Below, piece by piece: positions 7,768 through 14,566 of a DNA stretch of 32,000 bases. The position numbers and the translations under genes are program-made. How positions within the stretch are numbered: position 1 is the first letter of the stretch; each line of letters opens with the position of its first letter. The notes below the pieces were generated by a model, which saw nothing but the letters and a program-made list of their open reading frames with translations, ran no database searches and was not told the origin of the DNA. Source of the stretch: Sinorhizobium meliloti (lineage in GTDB: Bacteria; Pseudomonadota; Alphaproteobacteria; Rhizobiales; Rhizobiaceae); the NCBI RefSeq assembly GCF_017876815.1, contig NZ_JAGIOS010000003.1, forward strand, positions 1,020,001 to 1,052,000, in the 5' to 3' direction.

Positions 7768-8726
7768 TGTCGACGCACAAAATTGCGATCGTAGCGATGC
7801 AGGGCGTGCAATTGCTCGATGTGATCGGCCCGTCCGACGTGTTCGCGGAAGCAAACCGCCAGAGTGGTCTCGGCTACTACTCGGTAGAGGTCGTCAGCAC
7901 TTCTGGCAGCCCCGTCAGAGGATCATCTGGATTGGCACTCATTCCCGATCGCCTAATCGACGAAGAACCGTCCGAAGTCGATACGCTTCTTGTAGCAGGC
8001 GATCCGCTCATCCAGGAGCGGCCGCTCACCGAAAACCTCCTGCGCTGGGTGAAGCAGACCTCGGCCAAAGCCAATCGCGTTGGGTCCGTCTGCTCCGGGG
8101 CTTTTGTGCTCGGCGAGGCAGGTTTACTTACCGGCAAGCGAGCGACCACGCATTGGTCGCAGGCATCGGAGTTTGCAAGGCGTTTTCCGGATGTGAAGCT
8201 TGAACCAAATCGCATTTTTACAAAGGACGGCAACGTTTGGACATCGGCCGGGGTTACCGCTGGGATCGATCTGGCGCTTGCGATTGTCGAGCAGGACCTC
8301 GGTTTAGAGATTGCCCTCAGAGTCGCTCGAGAGCTCGTGGTGTTTCTCAAACGGCCCGGCGGACAGACACAGTTCAGCACGCTCCTTGCCGGGCAGATGG
8401 CCCAGAAGACGCCGATCCGTGCGGCCCAGGACTTCGTCGCCGACAACCTCGCCGCCGACCTCACCGTGGCGGCCCTGGCGAAGCGCGTGGGAATGAGCGA
8501 ACGAAACTTTTCAAGGCAGTTCAAACAGGAGGTCGGCATGACACCGGCCGACTATGTCGAAAGCATGAGGCTAGAGGCGGGTCGCAGATTGTCCGAGGAC
8601 ACCAGCATTCCACTCAAGAGGATCGCCATTGATATAGGCTTCAGCGACGATGTCCCCTTCCGGCGATCCTTTGCCCGCAGATTTGGCACATCCCCGGCTG
8701 CCTATCGGAGGAGCTTCGGGTCCTAG
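7767..8726 (+). CDS. GlxA-family transcriptional regulator (DJ-1/PfpI-like N-domain + AraC-type HTH)
   Basis: N-domain KIAIVAMQGVQLLDVIGP...VCSGAFVLGEAGLL. C-terminal AraC double HTH (LAKRVGMSERNFSRQFKQEVGMTP; IAIDIGFSDDVPFRRSFARRFGTSPAAYR). ATG 7767 overlaps the tehA-like TGA (7765-7767) by 1 nt. The ORF track start 7728 is probably too early. Confidence 0.9.
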   Translation: MSTHKIAIVAMQGVQLLDVIGPSDVFAEANRQSGLGYYSVEVVSTSGSPVRGSSGLALIPDRLIDEEPSEVDTLLVAGDPLIQERPLTENLLRWVKQTSAKANRVGSVCSGAFVLGEAGLLTGKRATTHWSQASEFARRFPDVKLEPNRIFTKDGNVWTSAGVTAGIDLALAIVEQDLGLEIALRVARELVVFLKRPGGQTQFSTLLAGQMAQKTPIRAAQDFVADNLAADLTVAALAKRVGMSERNFSRQFKQEVGMTPADYVESMRLEAGRRLSEDTSIPLKRIAIDIGFSDDVPFRRSFARRFGTSPAAYRRSFGS

Positions 8727-8770
8727 TCGTATGCCGCCATCAGCTGCCCGTTCCCTGAGCGTTGATACCC

Positions 8771-8795
8771 GGAACCTCACCGCCCGTCGGCGGTT
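8771..8795 (+). promoter_or_regulatory. Candidate general-stress ECF (EcfG/RpoE2-type) promoter GGAAC-N18-TT
   Basis: GGAAC at 8771-8775, then an 18-nt spacer, then TT at 8794-8795, about 27 nt upstream of ATG 8822. This fits the GGAAC-N18-19-TT pattern I recall for Sinorhizobium RpoE2 targets. The -10 is GGTT rather than the canonical CGTT. Confidence 0.4.
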
Positions 8796-8821
8796 CCCCC
8801 TTCCCTAACAGGAGAAACAAC

Positions 8822-9067
8822 ATGGCGAACGACGAACTGAGCGCCGGCTTCACCGGAACGCCGACAGAACCGCCCACTGGTGTCCGAAAGATAGCGAAGG
8901 CAGCCACCGGCGCAGTTAGCCGCGAAGCGAACGCTGTTGTGGTAGGAGCCGCAGATCACCCATACACTGCAACAGGATTGGCGCTCGCCGTCGGCGCCGT
9001 TGCCTTTGCCATCGGCTATATTATGGGTCGATCGTCAGGTGACAACGGCCGAAGTCAATGGCGATAG
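8822..9067 (+). CDS. Small tail-anchored membrane protein, DUF883/ElaB-like
   Basis: 81 aa from ATG 8822, with AGGAGA RBS. C-terminal HPYTATGLALAVGAVAFAIGYIMGRS resembles the ElaB/YqjD family C-terminal anchor. Confidence 0.6.
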   Translation: MANDELSAGFTGTPTEPPTGVRKIAKAATGAVSREANAVVVGAADHPYTATGLALAVGAVAFAIGYIMGRSSGDNGRSQWR

Positions 9068-9289
9068 AAGCCGCGCAATGATCGCGCCGCCGGTTGGCGC
9101 GCTGCTGGTATAGACGCAGGTGGTGGCCGCGCCGGCTCAGAGGGCGATCTCGATAGATTCGGATCTCTTCGGCGGCGAGGCCCTTGTTAATGTAACGTTG
9201 CCCCTCATTGCCGGCAGCGTTTGCTGCGCAGGCGGGGTTTCCTCTTAGTCTCCGCACCAAGAAATTGGCGAAGCATTTCTTTTGACACA

Positions 9290-9473
9290 CCGGCTTCGAG
9301 AGCAGGAAGCCTTGGAAACCGCAGCCGAGACGGTTCAGAATTTCGCTCTGCTCTTCGGTCTCGACACCTTCGGCCGTGGTGCGCAGCCCCTTGGCTTGCG
9401 CTACACCGATTATCGACTGCACAATAGCCACGCCGCCACCGGGTTGGTCAAAGGCAGCGACGAAGGAACCCTT
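9290..9473 (-). pseudogene. 3' fragment of an EAL-domain (c-di-GMP phosphodiesterase) gene (copy B)
   Basis: Minus-strand translation GSFVAAFDQPGGGVAIVQSIIGVAQAKGLRTTAEGVETEEQSEILNRLGCGFQGFLLSKP matches the last ~60 residues of EAL domains (AEGVET...QG.L.SKP). It is preceded by an in-frame TGA and lacks the rest of the domain. The ORF 9021..9431 tail reads through into the DUF883 gene. Confidence 0.65.
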
Positions 9474-9523
9474 TCAATCGTCCCATAGTCGTGCCGGTCT
9501 ACGCACTCAGCTCCAATACGTGT

Positions 9524-9580
9524 ATTCCCGTTGATACATTATGCGATCTGTTGAGCAGAGAACGGGAACATACTTGGCAA
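9524..9580. repeat. Core of diverged direct repeat, copy B (pairs with 6246-6299)
   Basis: See copy A. Same orientation, offset about 3.28 kb. Confidence 0.65.
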
Positions 9581-9670
9581 GTAAAAGATTTACCAAGTAT
9601 TCCAGTCCAGTATGCATAATCCACACATGACAACCTTGAGGCGCCGAGCTAGACCAGGGCAAGATGGCGC

Positions 9671-10303
9671 TTGGACGTGTTCGACGGGGTTCACCGGCAG
9701 CCGTTGGTGTTTGCGAGAAGCAACCCGACGCGAAGGTACACCGAAGCTCGAGAGGTATCCCATCTGTTGCACTTCCATGACGCGCTGCCGCGCGAACATG
9801 CGGTCTGGCCTGGCCAGGAACCTGAGCAGGCGCCGAATTCAGTCACATTAAGGGAACAGTTTGCCAAATCGCGCGTTCACGGGAACCTTATTCTCGGGGG
9901 ACAGGCATTAGAATCAGTCACCATATTGCTCGCGGAAGACGAGACTCTCCTGCTGTTGGACTTCGAAGACGCGCTTAAAGAGGCGGGGTTCATGGTTCTG
10001 GCTGTGACTAGCGGCAAGAAGGCAGTCGAGCACTTGAAAGCCGCAGAGTCCTCCATTGCTGGAATAGTCACGGACATCCGCTTCGCCGAATCCCCAAGCG
10101 GTTGGGACGTCGCCCGCATTGCAAGGGAGATCGACCCTGAGATGCCGGTCGTCTACATCAGCGGGGACAGTGCTCCCGATTGGGCCTCTCAAGGCGTTCC
10201 TAAGAGTATCATGATCGAAAAGCCTTTCGTCATGTCACAATTGATCGTGGCAATTTCGCAGTTGCTAAATGACAGGAGGGCAGGAGCCGCAGCTTTGGAA
10301 TAA
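9671..10303 (+). CDS. CheY-like receiver domain protein, possibly the 3' remnant of a hybrid histidine kinase
   Basis: Receiver motifs ILLAEDE (acidic pocket), GIVTDIRF (phospho-Asp), VYISGDS, IEKPF (Lys-Pro). There is no in-frame ATG/GTG/TTG between 9770 and 9925, so the domain carries a 50-85 aa extension. Within that extension, SHLLHFHDALPREHAVWPGQ faintly resembles the end of HATPase_c. Confidence 0.7.
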   Translation: MDVFDGVHRQPLVFARSNPTRRYTEAREVSHLLHFHDALPREHAVWPGQEPEQAPNSVTLREQFAKSRVHGNLILGGQALESVTILLAEDETLLLLDFEDALKEAGFMVLAVTSGKKAVEHLKAAESSIAGIVTDIRFAESPSGWDVARIAREIDPEMPVVYISGDSAPDWASQGVPKSIMIEKPFVMSQLIVAISQLLNDRRAGAAALE

Positions 10304-10585
10304 CTTGGGGGGCTAACCTTCACGAGGAGGCATTTCGCCTCTGTCCTGTGACAAGATCCGCGACCCCAATGCACGGCGTGTGGACTACCGATTTCGACTC
10401 GACTTCCCGCCGCCCCGCATTCTGCCTCGGCCGCTGAACCAACGCGCCAACCGCAAATTGCTTGGCGCCCATGAAACGGACGAATGGCCTATCGTCATCG
10501 AGGCCCTCGGGCCTGGCAGCTGTACCGCCTCAGCACGGTAGACGTTCCACCTTGCCATTGCTACAGAGCGATCCCGACAAGAATC

Positions 10586-10954
10586 TTATGCCTCATCATC
10601 GCCGTTGCCCCCGCTACTCTGCGACAGAACCTGTACGAGTCGGTCGCAGTCTGCATTTTGACCTGCAAGCAGGCTTGCCGGGTCAATGAGTCCTACGCTG
10701 ACCCCGACGGCATTCGCAGCCGCCCATCCCCAATCTTCCTGGGCGCGTTGGAGAAGCCTTGGAGCTTCGGCAGCGACGCAGGCGCGTCCTGCCTGGACAA
10801 TCTCGCTTGACGGCACACCTCGAAGGTGCTCGGATATTTCCGCCTGCAGCGGACCGACGACAAGGATGGCAAACAGATAGCTGATGAATTCCGACACTGC
10901 ATTCTCCGGGCTGGTTTCGGGAGAGATATGGGGATCGCTGCAGAATAAAACCAT
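10586..10954 (-). CDS. Hypothetical protein (122 aa), unrecognised
   Basis: Only ORF with plausible codon usage in the 0.9-kb gap 10304-11230. No clear RBS and no recognisable motif. Confidence 0.3.
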   Translation of the reverse strand: MVLFCSDPHISPETSPENAVSEFISYLFAILVVGPLQAEISEHLRGVPSSEIVQAGRACVAAEAPRLLQRAQEDWGWAAANAVGVSVGLIDPASLLAGQNADCDRLVQVLSQSSGGNGDDEA

Positions 10955-11230
10955 AGATCGGCGCGGCGCTACCTAAACGGCTCAAGCGGCGGAAGGATAT
11001 TCTCCCAGGATAATGCGCACCCCCTTACCAAGGGAGGCCCGTTCCCCCCGGCGAGTTGAAGGTCCGACCCCGTGCGGCTGCTTGGGCGCGAGGATAGAAC
11101 GACCAACGAAACGCAGCGATCGCAGTTGCACGCGATGTGGCGGAACAAGATCGCGCGGTAGACATTGTTTCCCCACTTGATCCCAGCCGCCGAGGCTGGT
11201 GGTCGAACTACATCGTGAACGGGGAACGAC

Positions 11231-12067
11231 GTGACGCCAGCTGAAGTAGTCGTCGGTCCGACACCGCGCGAGTTCTGGATTGGTCTTGGCCGCGCGTTCG
11301 CCGGAGCATTGATCTTCGCAGTGCCTGTACTGATGACGATGGAAGCTTGGGCTCTGGGCTTCCACCTTCACCCCTTGCGCCTTGCGCTGTTGCTAGTAGC
11401 CACCGTTCCCACCCTGGTGCTGCTGCACAAATATGGTGGCTTTCGCAAGTCAGTGGGGCTGCGTGATCGAATCGCGGACGCATTCGTGGCCCTTCTTGTG
11501 GCCGCTATAGCTGCGTCGGCGATTCTCTTTACCTTTGGCATCGTGGACGCAGACATGCCGTTGCGGGAGATCGTCGGGAAGGTTGCCGTGCAGATTGTCC
11601 CCGGCAGCTTGGGCGCATCGCTGGCCCGGGCCCAATTGGGTCCCGGTCCATTGGAGGGGGATGCCGTTCCGGAGCCCGCCTATGCGGGAGAATTGTTCCT
11701 GATGGTGGTCGGAGCGCTGTTTCTGTCAGTGAACATCGCACCGACCGAAGAGGTTGTCCTTATCGCCTACAAGATGAATCCCTGGCACGAAATTGCTCTA
11801 GGGCTGGGCACCCTGGGCCTAATGCATGTCTTCGTCTATGAACTCGAATTCCGCGGTACGCACAATCCAGAACCGGGCGCTGGGTTTGTCAACATCTTCT
11901 TTCGTTATACGATCGTCGGCTACTGTCTGGTGATGCTCGTGAACTTCTACATCCTTTGGACTTTCGGCAGAACTGATGGTGTCGGTTTTTCGGAGACGCT
12001 CAGCGCTGTCGTGGTCCTATCCTTCCCAGGCGCACTTGGCGCGGCGGTAGCGAGGCTCATTCTGTGA
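11231..12067 (+). CDS. Multi-pass integral membrane protein, TIGR02587/DUF2391-like
   Basis: 278 aa with a GTG start after GGGGA. Several hydrophobic spans. The N-terminal REFWIGLGRAFAGALIFAVPVLMTMEAW pattern matches my recollection of the TIGR02587 family, which occurs as a conserved pair with TIGR02588. Confidence 0.75.
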   Translation: MTPAEVVVGPTPREFWIGLGRAFAGALIFAVPVLMTMEAWALGFHLHPLRLALLLVATVPTLVLLHKYGGFRKSVGLRDRIADAFVALLVAAIAASAILFTFGIVDADMPLREIVGKVAVQIVPGSLGASLARAQLGPGPLEGDAVPEPAYAGELFLMVVGALFLSVNIAPTEEVVLIAYKMNPWHEIALGLGTLGLMHVFVYELEFRGTHNPEPGAGFVNIFFRYTIVGYCLVMLVNFYILWTFGRTDGVGFSETLSAVVVLSFPGALGAAVARLIL

Positions 12068-12510
12068 ACAAGGGCTCCACAAAAGCCGAAAGGCAAGAGA
12101 ACTCTCGCTCCGAAAACGAGGAACCCACGCGAAAGCCGGGGACCTCCATCGCGGAGTGGATCGTGGCAGGAGTAAGCTGCCTGGCCCTGCTTGCAGTCCT
12201 CGGCTACCTCATCCTCGACGGCTTAAGCGGACGTAACGGGGCCGCCGATATCATTGTGCTGCCGACCGAGGTCACGGCCATGAACGATGGTTACGTGGTC
12301 GAGTTCGCCGCCAACAATCGTGCAGGAAAATCGGTCGCTGCGGTCGAGATCAAGGGTGAACTTCGCGATGGCGAAGAGGTGGTCGAGGAGAGCGGTGTCA
12401 CGATTGACTATATTCCGCAAAAATCGGAGAGGAAGGGCGCACTGATCTTTCGAAGTGATCCGGAGGCCTACGAGCTGCGAATTTTTGCGAGTGGATACAG
12501 TGAGCCTTGA
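12064..12510 (+). CDS. Single-pass membrane protein, TIGR02588-like
   Basis: 148 aa. GTG start overlaps the upstream TGA (GTGA). One N-terminal TM span (IAEWIVAGVSCLALLAVLGYLIL), then a beta-rich domain (VVEFAANNRAGKSVAAVEIKGEL...IDYIPQKSERKGALIF...ELRIFASGYSEP) like the TIGR02588 pattern I recall. Confidence 0.75.
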   Translation: MNKGSTKAERQENSRSENEEPTRKPGTSIAEWIVAGVSCLALLAVLGYLILDGLSGRNGAADIIVLPTEVTAMNDGYVVEFAANNRAGKSVAAVEIKGELRDGEEVVEESGVTIDYIPQKSERKGALIFRSDPEAYELRIFASGYSEP

Positions 12511-12856
12511 CCAGCAGGACTGCGACGAGCTTGTTCTGCGGTTCAGGTGGCCGCAGAAGGTCGGTTATTCATCTGTTTTCACGAGACCTGGCGCAAGGCA
12601 AAGTCCCGGCCGGACACGGCCTCGATCGCCTCAGCAGAACGGCTTGCGATAGCTCCACGCTACTTCGGGCGACTTCGATGCAGCGGTGCATCGGCATCGC
12701 TCATTTCCGACGGGGATGGCGGCCGCAAGCGAGATCGACCGCGCCGCTACTAAAAAGGCAGGCAGCGGCCATCTAACCGGTTCGACTTTGAAGGGCTCGG
12801 AACTCCTCGACACTGCCTTGATATGCGAGTTTTATATTCCGACACATCGATTTAGT

Positions 12857-13507
12857 ATGGAAGCTCACATGCTCGCAGTTGCGGAAATGCAGAAGGCGAG
12901 CGAGGCCGCCGTTGTCTCACGCGTGAGCCTACGCGACATCAATCGCGTTATAGATGAGCACATGCTGTCAGACGCCTTCGTTTCGCTCGACAATGGCCGC
13001 CACGCGCTGGCGGGAGCCTGTTCGCTCATCGCCTTCTATTTTGAAAGCGCGCGCCGCCTGACGTCGGAGGAGCGACTGTTTGCTATCCGCACCGTACAGG
13101 CCCGACTGGCAAAAGCGCGCACTCCCCTGGGCGGCCCTGTTGCGCGAGGACTGGACCGTGCATCACGAGTTTCTGACGATCGATCTTATGCCCTTTATGA
13201 GAGGTGCGAGCGAACGGCTGGACGACCTTGCCGCAGCGCGAGAAATCGTCACATCACCCGACGTCCTTGGCGGGACGCCTGTCATCCGCGGCACCCGCGC
13301 TCCAGTCTATGATGTTGCCTCATCCGTAGCTGCTGGTCATTCGGTTGAGCGCATCTTGGAAGCCTGGACACGGAGAAGATAAGGCTCGCCTCTATCTGCG
13401 CGGAAGCGAACCCGTTGCGCGGCCGGCCCCGCGTCTCCGGCGACATTCCCGAAGGCTCGGTCATCGTCACGGATCGTCGCGTCCCCCGTCGTAGGAAGAC
13501 GGGATGA
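12857..13507 (+). pseudogene. DUF433-domain (antitoxin-like) gene disrupted by two frameshifts
   Basis: The reading frame must switch twice. Frame 1 runs from ATG 12857 (MEAHMLAVAEMQK...IRTVQARLAK). Frame 2 runs about 13110-13370 and contains the DUF433 core DVLGGTPVIRGTRAPVYDVASSVAAGHSVERILEA. Frame 3 runs about 13370-13507 (SLDTEKIRLASICAEANPLRGRPRVSGDIPEGSVIVTDRRVPRRRKTG) and ends in ATGA with the next gene. Confidence 0.7.
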
Positions 13508-13758
13508 AGTTTCTGATCGATGAGTGCCTCAGTCCTCAACTGGCAAAAGTGGCAATCGAAAAGGGCCACGGCGAAACAAGCCACGTCGTCTGGATCAAAA
13601 TTGGCGGTCTGAAGGACTGGGAGCTCAAACCGATCATTCTCGAAGGCGACTGGACGTTTGTCACGAGGAACTCGGTCGATTTCCGGGGACCAAAAGACAA
13701 GCCGGGCACCAAGGGACAATATCCCGAAGCGGTGCAGCAGTCGCTGACAAGTCGGTAA
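13504..13758 (+). CDS. DUF5615 (PIN/Mut7-C-like, toxin-like) protein, probably 3'-truncated
   Basis: MKFLIDECLSPQLAKVAIEKGHGETSHVVW...DWTFVTRNSVDFRGPKDKPG matches the DUF5615 N-terminal pattern. The last ~15 residues look unrelated, and at 84 aa the length is short for the family as I remember it. Confidence 0.65.
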   Translation: MKFLIDECLSPQLAKVAIEKGHGETSHVVWIKIGGLKDWELKPIILEGDWTFVTRNSVDFRGPKDKPGTKGQYPEAVQQSLTSR

Positions 13759-14107
13759 ACCAGGCCGCGCGCTACTACAATGATGCGGAGCGAAAGTTTG
13801 GCAGAGCGGCACCTCTGTTCGTCTGAGCTGGCGCAGCGCTATCGGACCACCCGGCGCTCTGTTCCTCACAGGCAGCCGAGAAAATATGTCGATCCTCTAT
13901 TCTGTCGACACGGCTCCGCTGTCAGATCGCGAAGATAGCCGCGCGAGTTGACATGCCCTGCTCTCTTCAGATTGCATGCAATACGGATGTTCTCGATTTG
14001 AAGAGGAGCGAAGACGCTCGAAACAGCCTGATGGTCGAAATCAAAGAGGCCATGGAACGCTGCGGTATCCCAGGCCCGAATCCCTCCGCGGCCGACCTGA
14101 TCCGAGC

Positions 14108-14512
14108 TCAAACTCCAAAGGAAGCCAGGATCGGACACGGCCCGGTCTTGTCCTCTGCGCATTCAGAGACCAGCTTACGGAGTGCTTCCCGGGCGCGATT
14201 AAGCTCTCCAATTCTGGCATCCAGCTGCTCAAGCTTCTTCTTCGCCAGTTCCCGTGCGGCCGAGCGGTTGTGCCCGGCATCCAGTGCCAGAAGCTGCCCG
14301 ATCTCCTCAAGCGTGAAACCGGCCGCCTGCGCCTGTTTTATGAAACGTAGTCGGCGCACGTCTTCGCCTCCATAGCGGCGCACGCCTTCTAACCGCTTCG
14401 GCGTCGCCAGCAGGCCCTTGCGCTGGTAGAAACGGATGGTTTCAACACCCACGCCTCCGGCCGCCGCAAGTTTTCCGATCGTCAGTTCTTGAAGGCCTTG
14501 ACTCTGTACCAT
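14108..14512 (-). CDS. MerR-family transcriptional regulator, close to mercury-MerR but lacking the first metal-ligand cysteine
   Basis: 134 aa. The HTH LTIGKLAAAGGVGVETIRFYQRKGLL is near-identical to Tn21 MerR as I recall it. The C-terminal SECAEDKTGPCPIL keeps two Cys, and the position of Cys79/82 reads Arg (AGHNRSAA) in my hand alignment. Confidence 0.9.
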   Translation of the reverse strand: MVQSQGLQELTIGKLAAAGGVGVETIRFYQRKGLLATPKRLEGVRRYGGEDVRRLRFIKQAQAAGFTLEEIGQLLALDAGHNRSAARELAKKKLEQLDARIGELNRAREALRKLVSECAEDKTGPCPILASFGV

Positions 14513-14529
14513 GCTACGGAACTTATAGT
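14498..14529 (+). promoter_or_regulatory. MerR-type operator/promoter with 19-20 nt spacer driving the Grx-MauE/methyltransferase unit
   Basis: TTGACT (14498-14503), then spacer ctgtaccatgctacggaac (19 nt), then TTATAGT. The imperfect dyad tctgtac/ctacgga resembles the Tn21/Tn501 mer operator (TTGACT-CCGTACATGAGTACGGAAG-TAAGGT, from memory). The merR-like ATG (14512-14510) lies inside the spacer. Confidence 0.6.
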
Positions 14530-14566
14530 CCTGCCAACGATTTCACAAGAACAAGGAGATGTGAAA

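Noticed and set aside
10982-11371. 129-aa minus-strand ORF upstream of, and overlapping, the TIGR02587-like gene
   Set aside because: It overlaps the better-supported + strand membrane gene. Its composition is Arg/Ser/Cys-rich, with no RBS and no motif.
13866-14162. 98-aa minus ORF, and a faint serine-recombinase-like N-terminus (MSTRAAIF.../...GYLRDLTAE) downstream of the MerR-like gene
   Set aside because: The resemblance to the MxxxAIYxRVSTxxQ motif needs a frameshift and rests on too few residues. The ORF overlaps the merR-like 3' end and has no RBS. It might be debris, but I cannot support a call.
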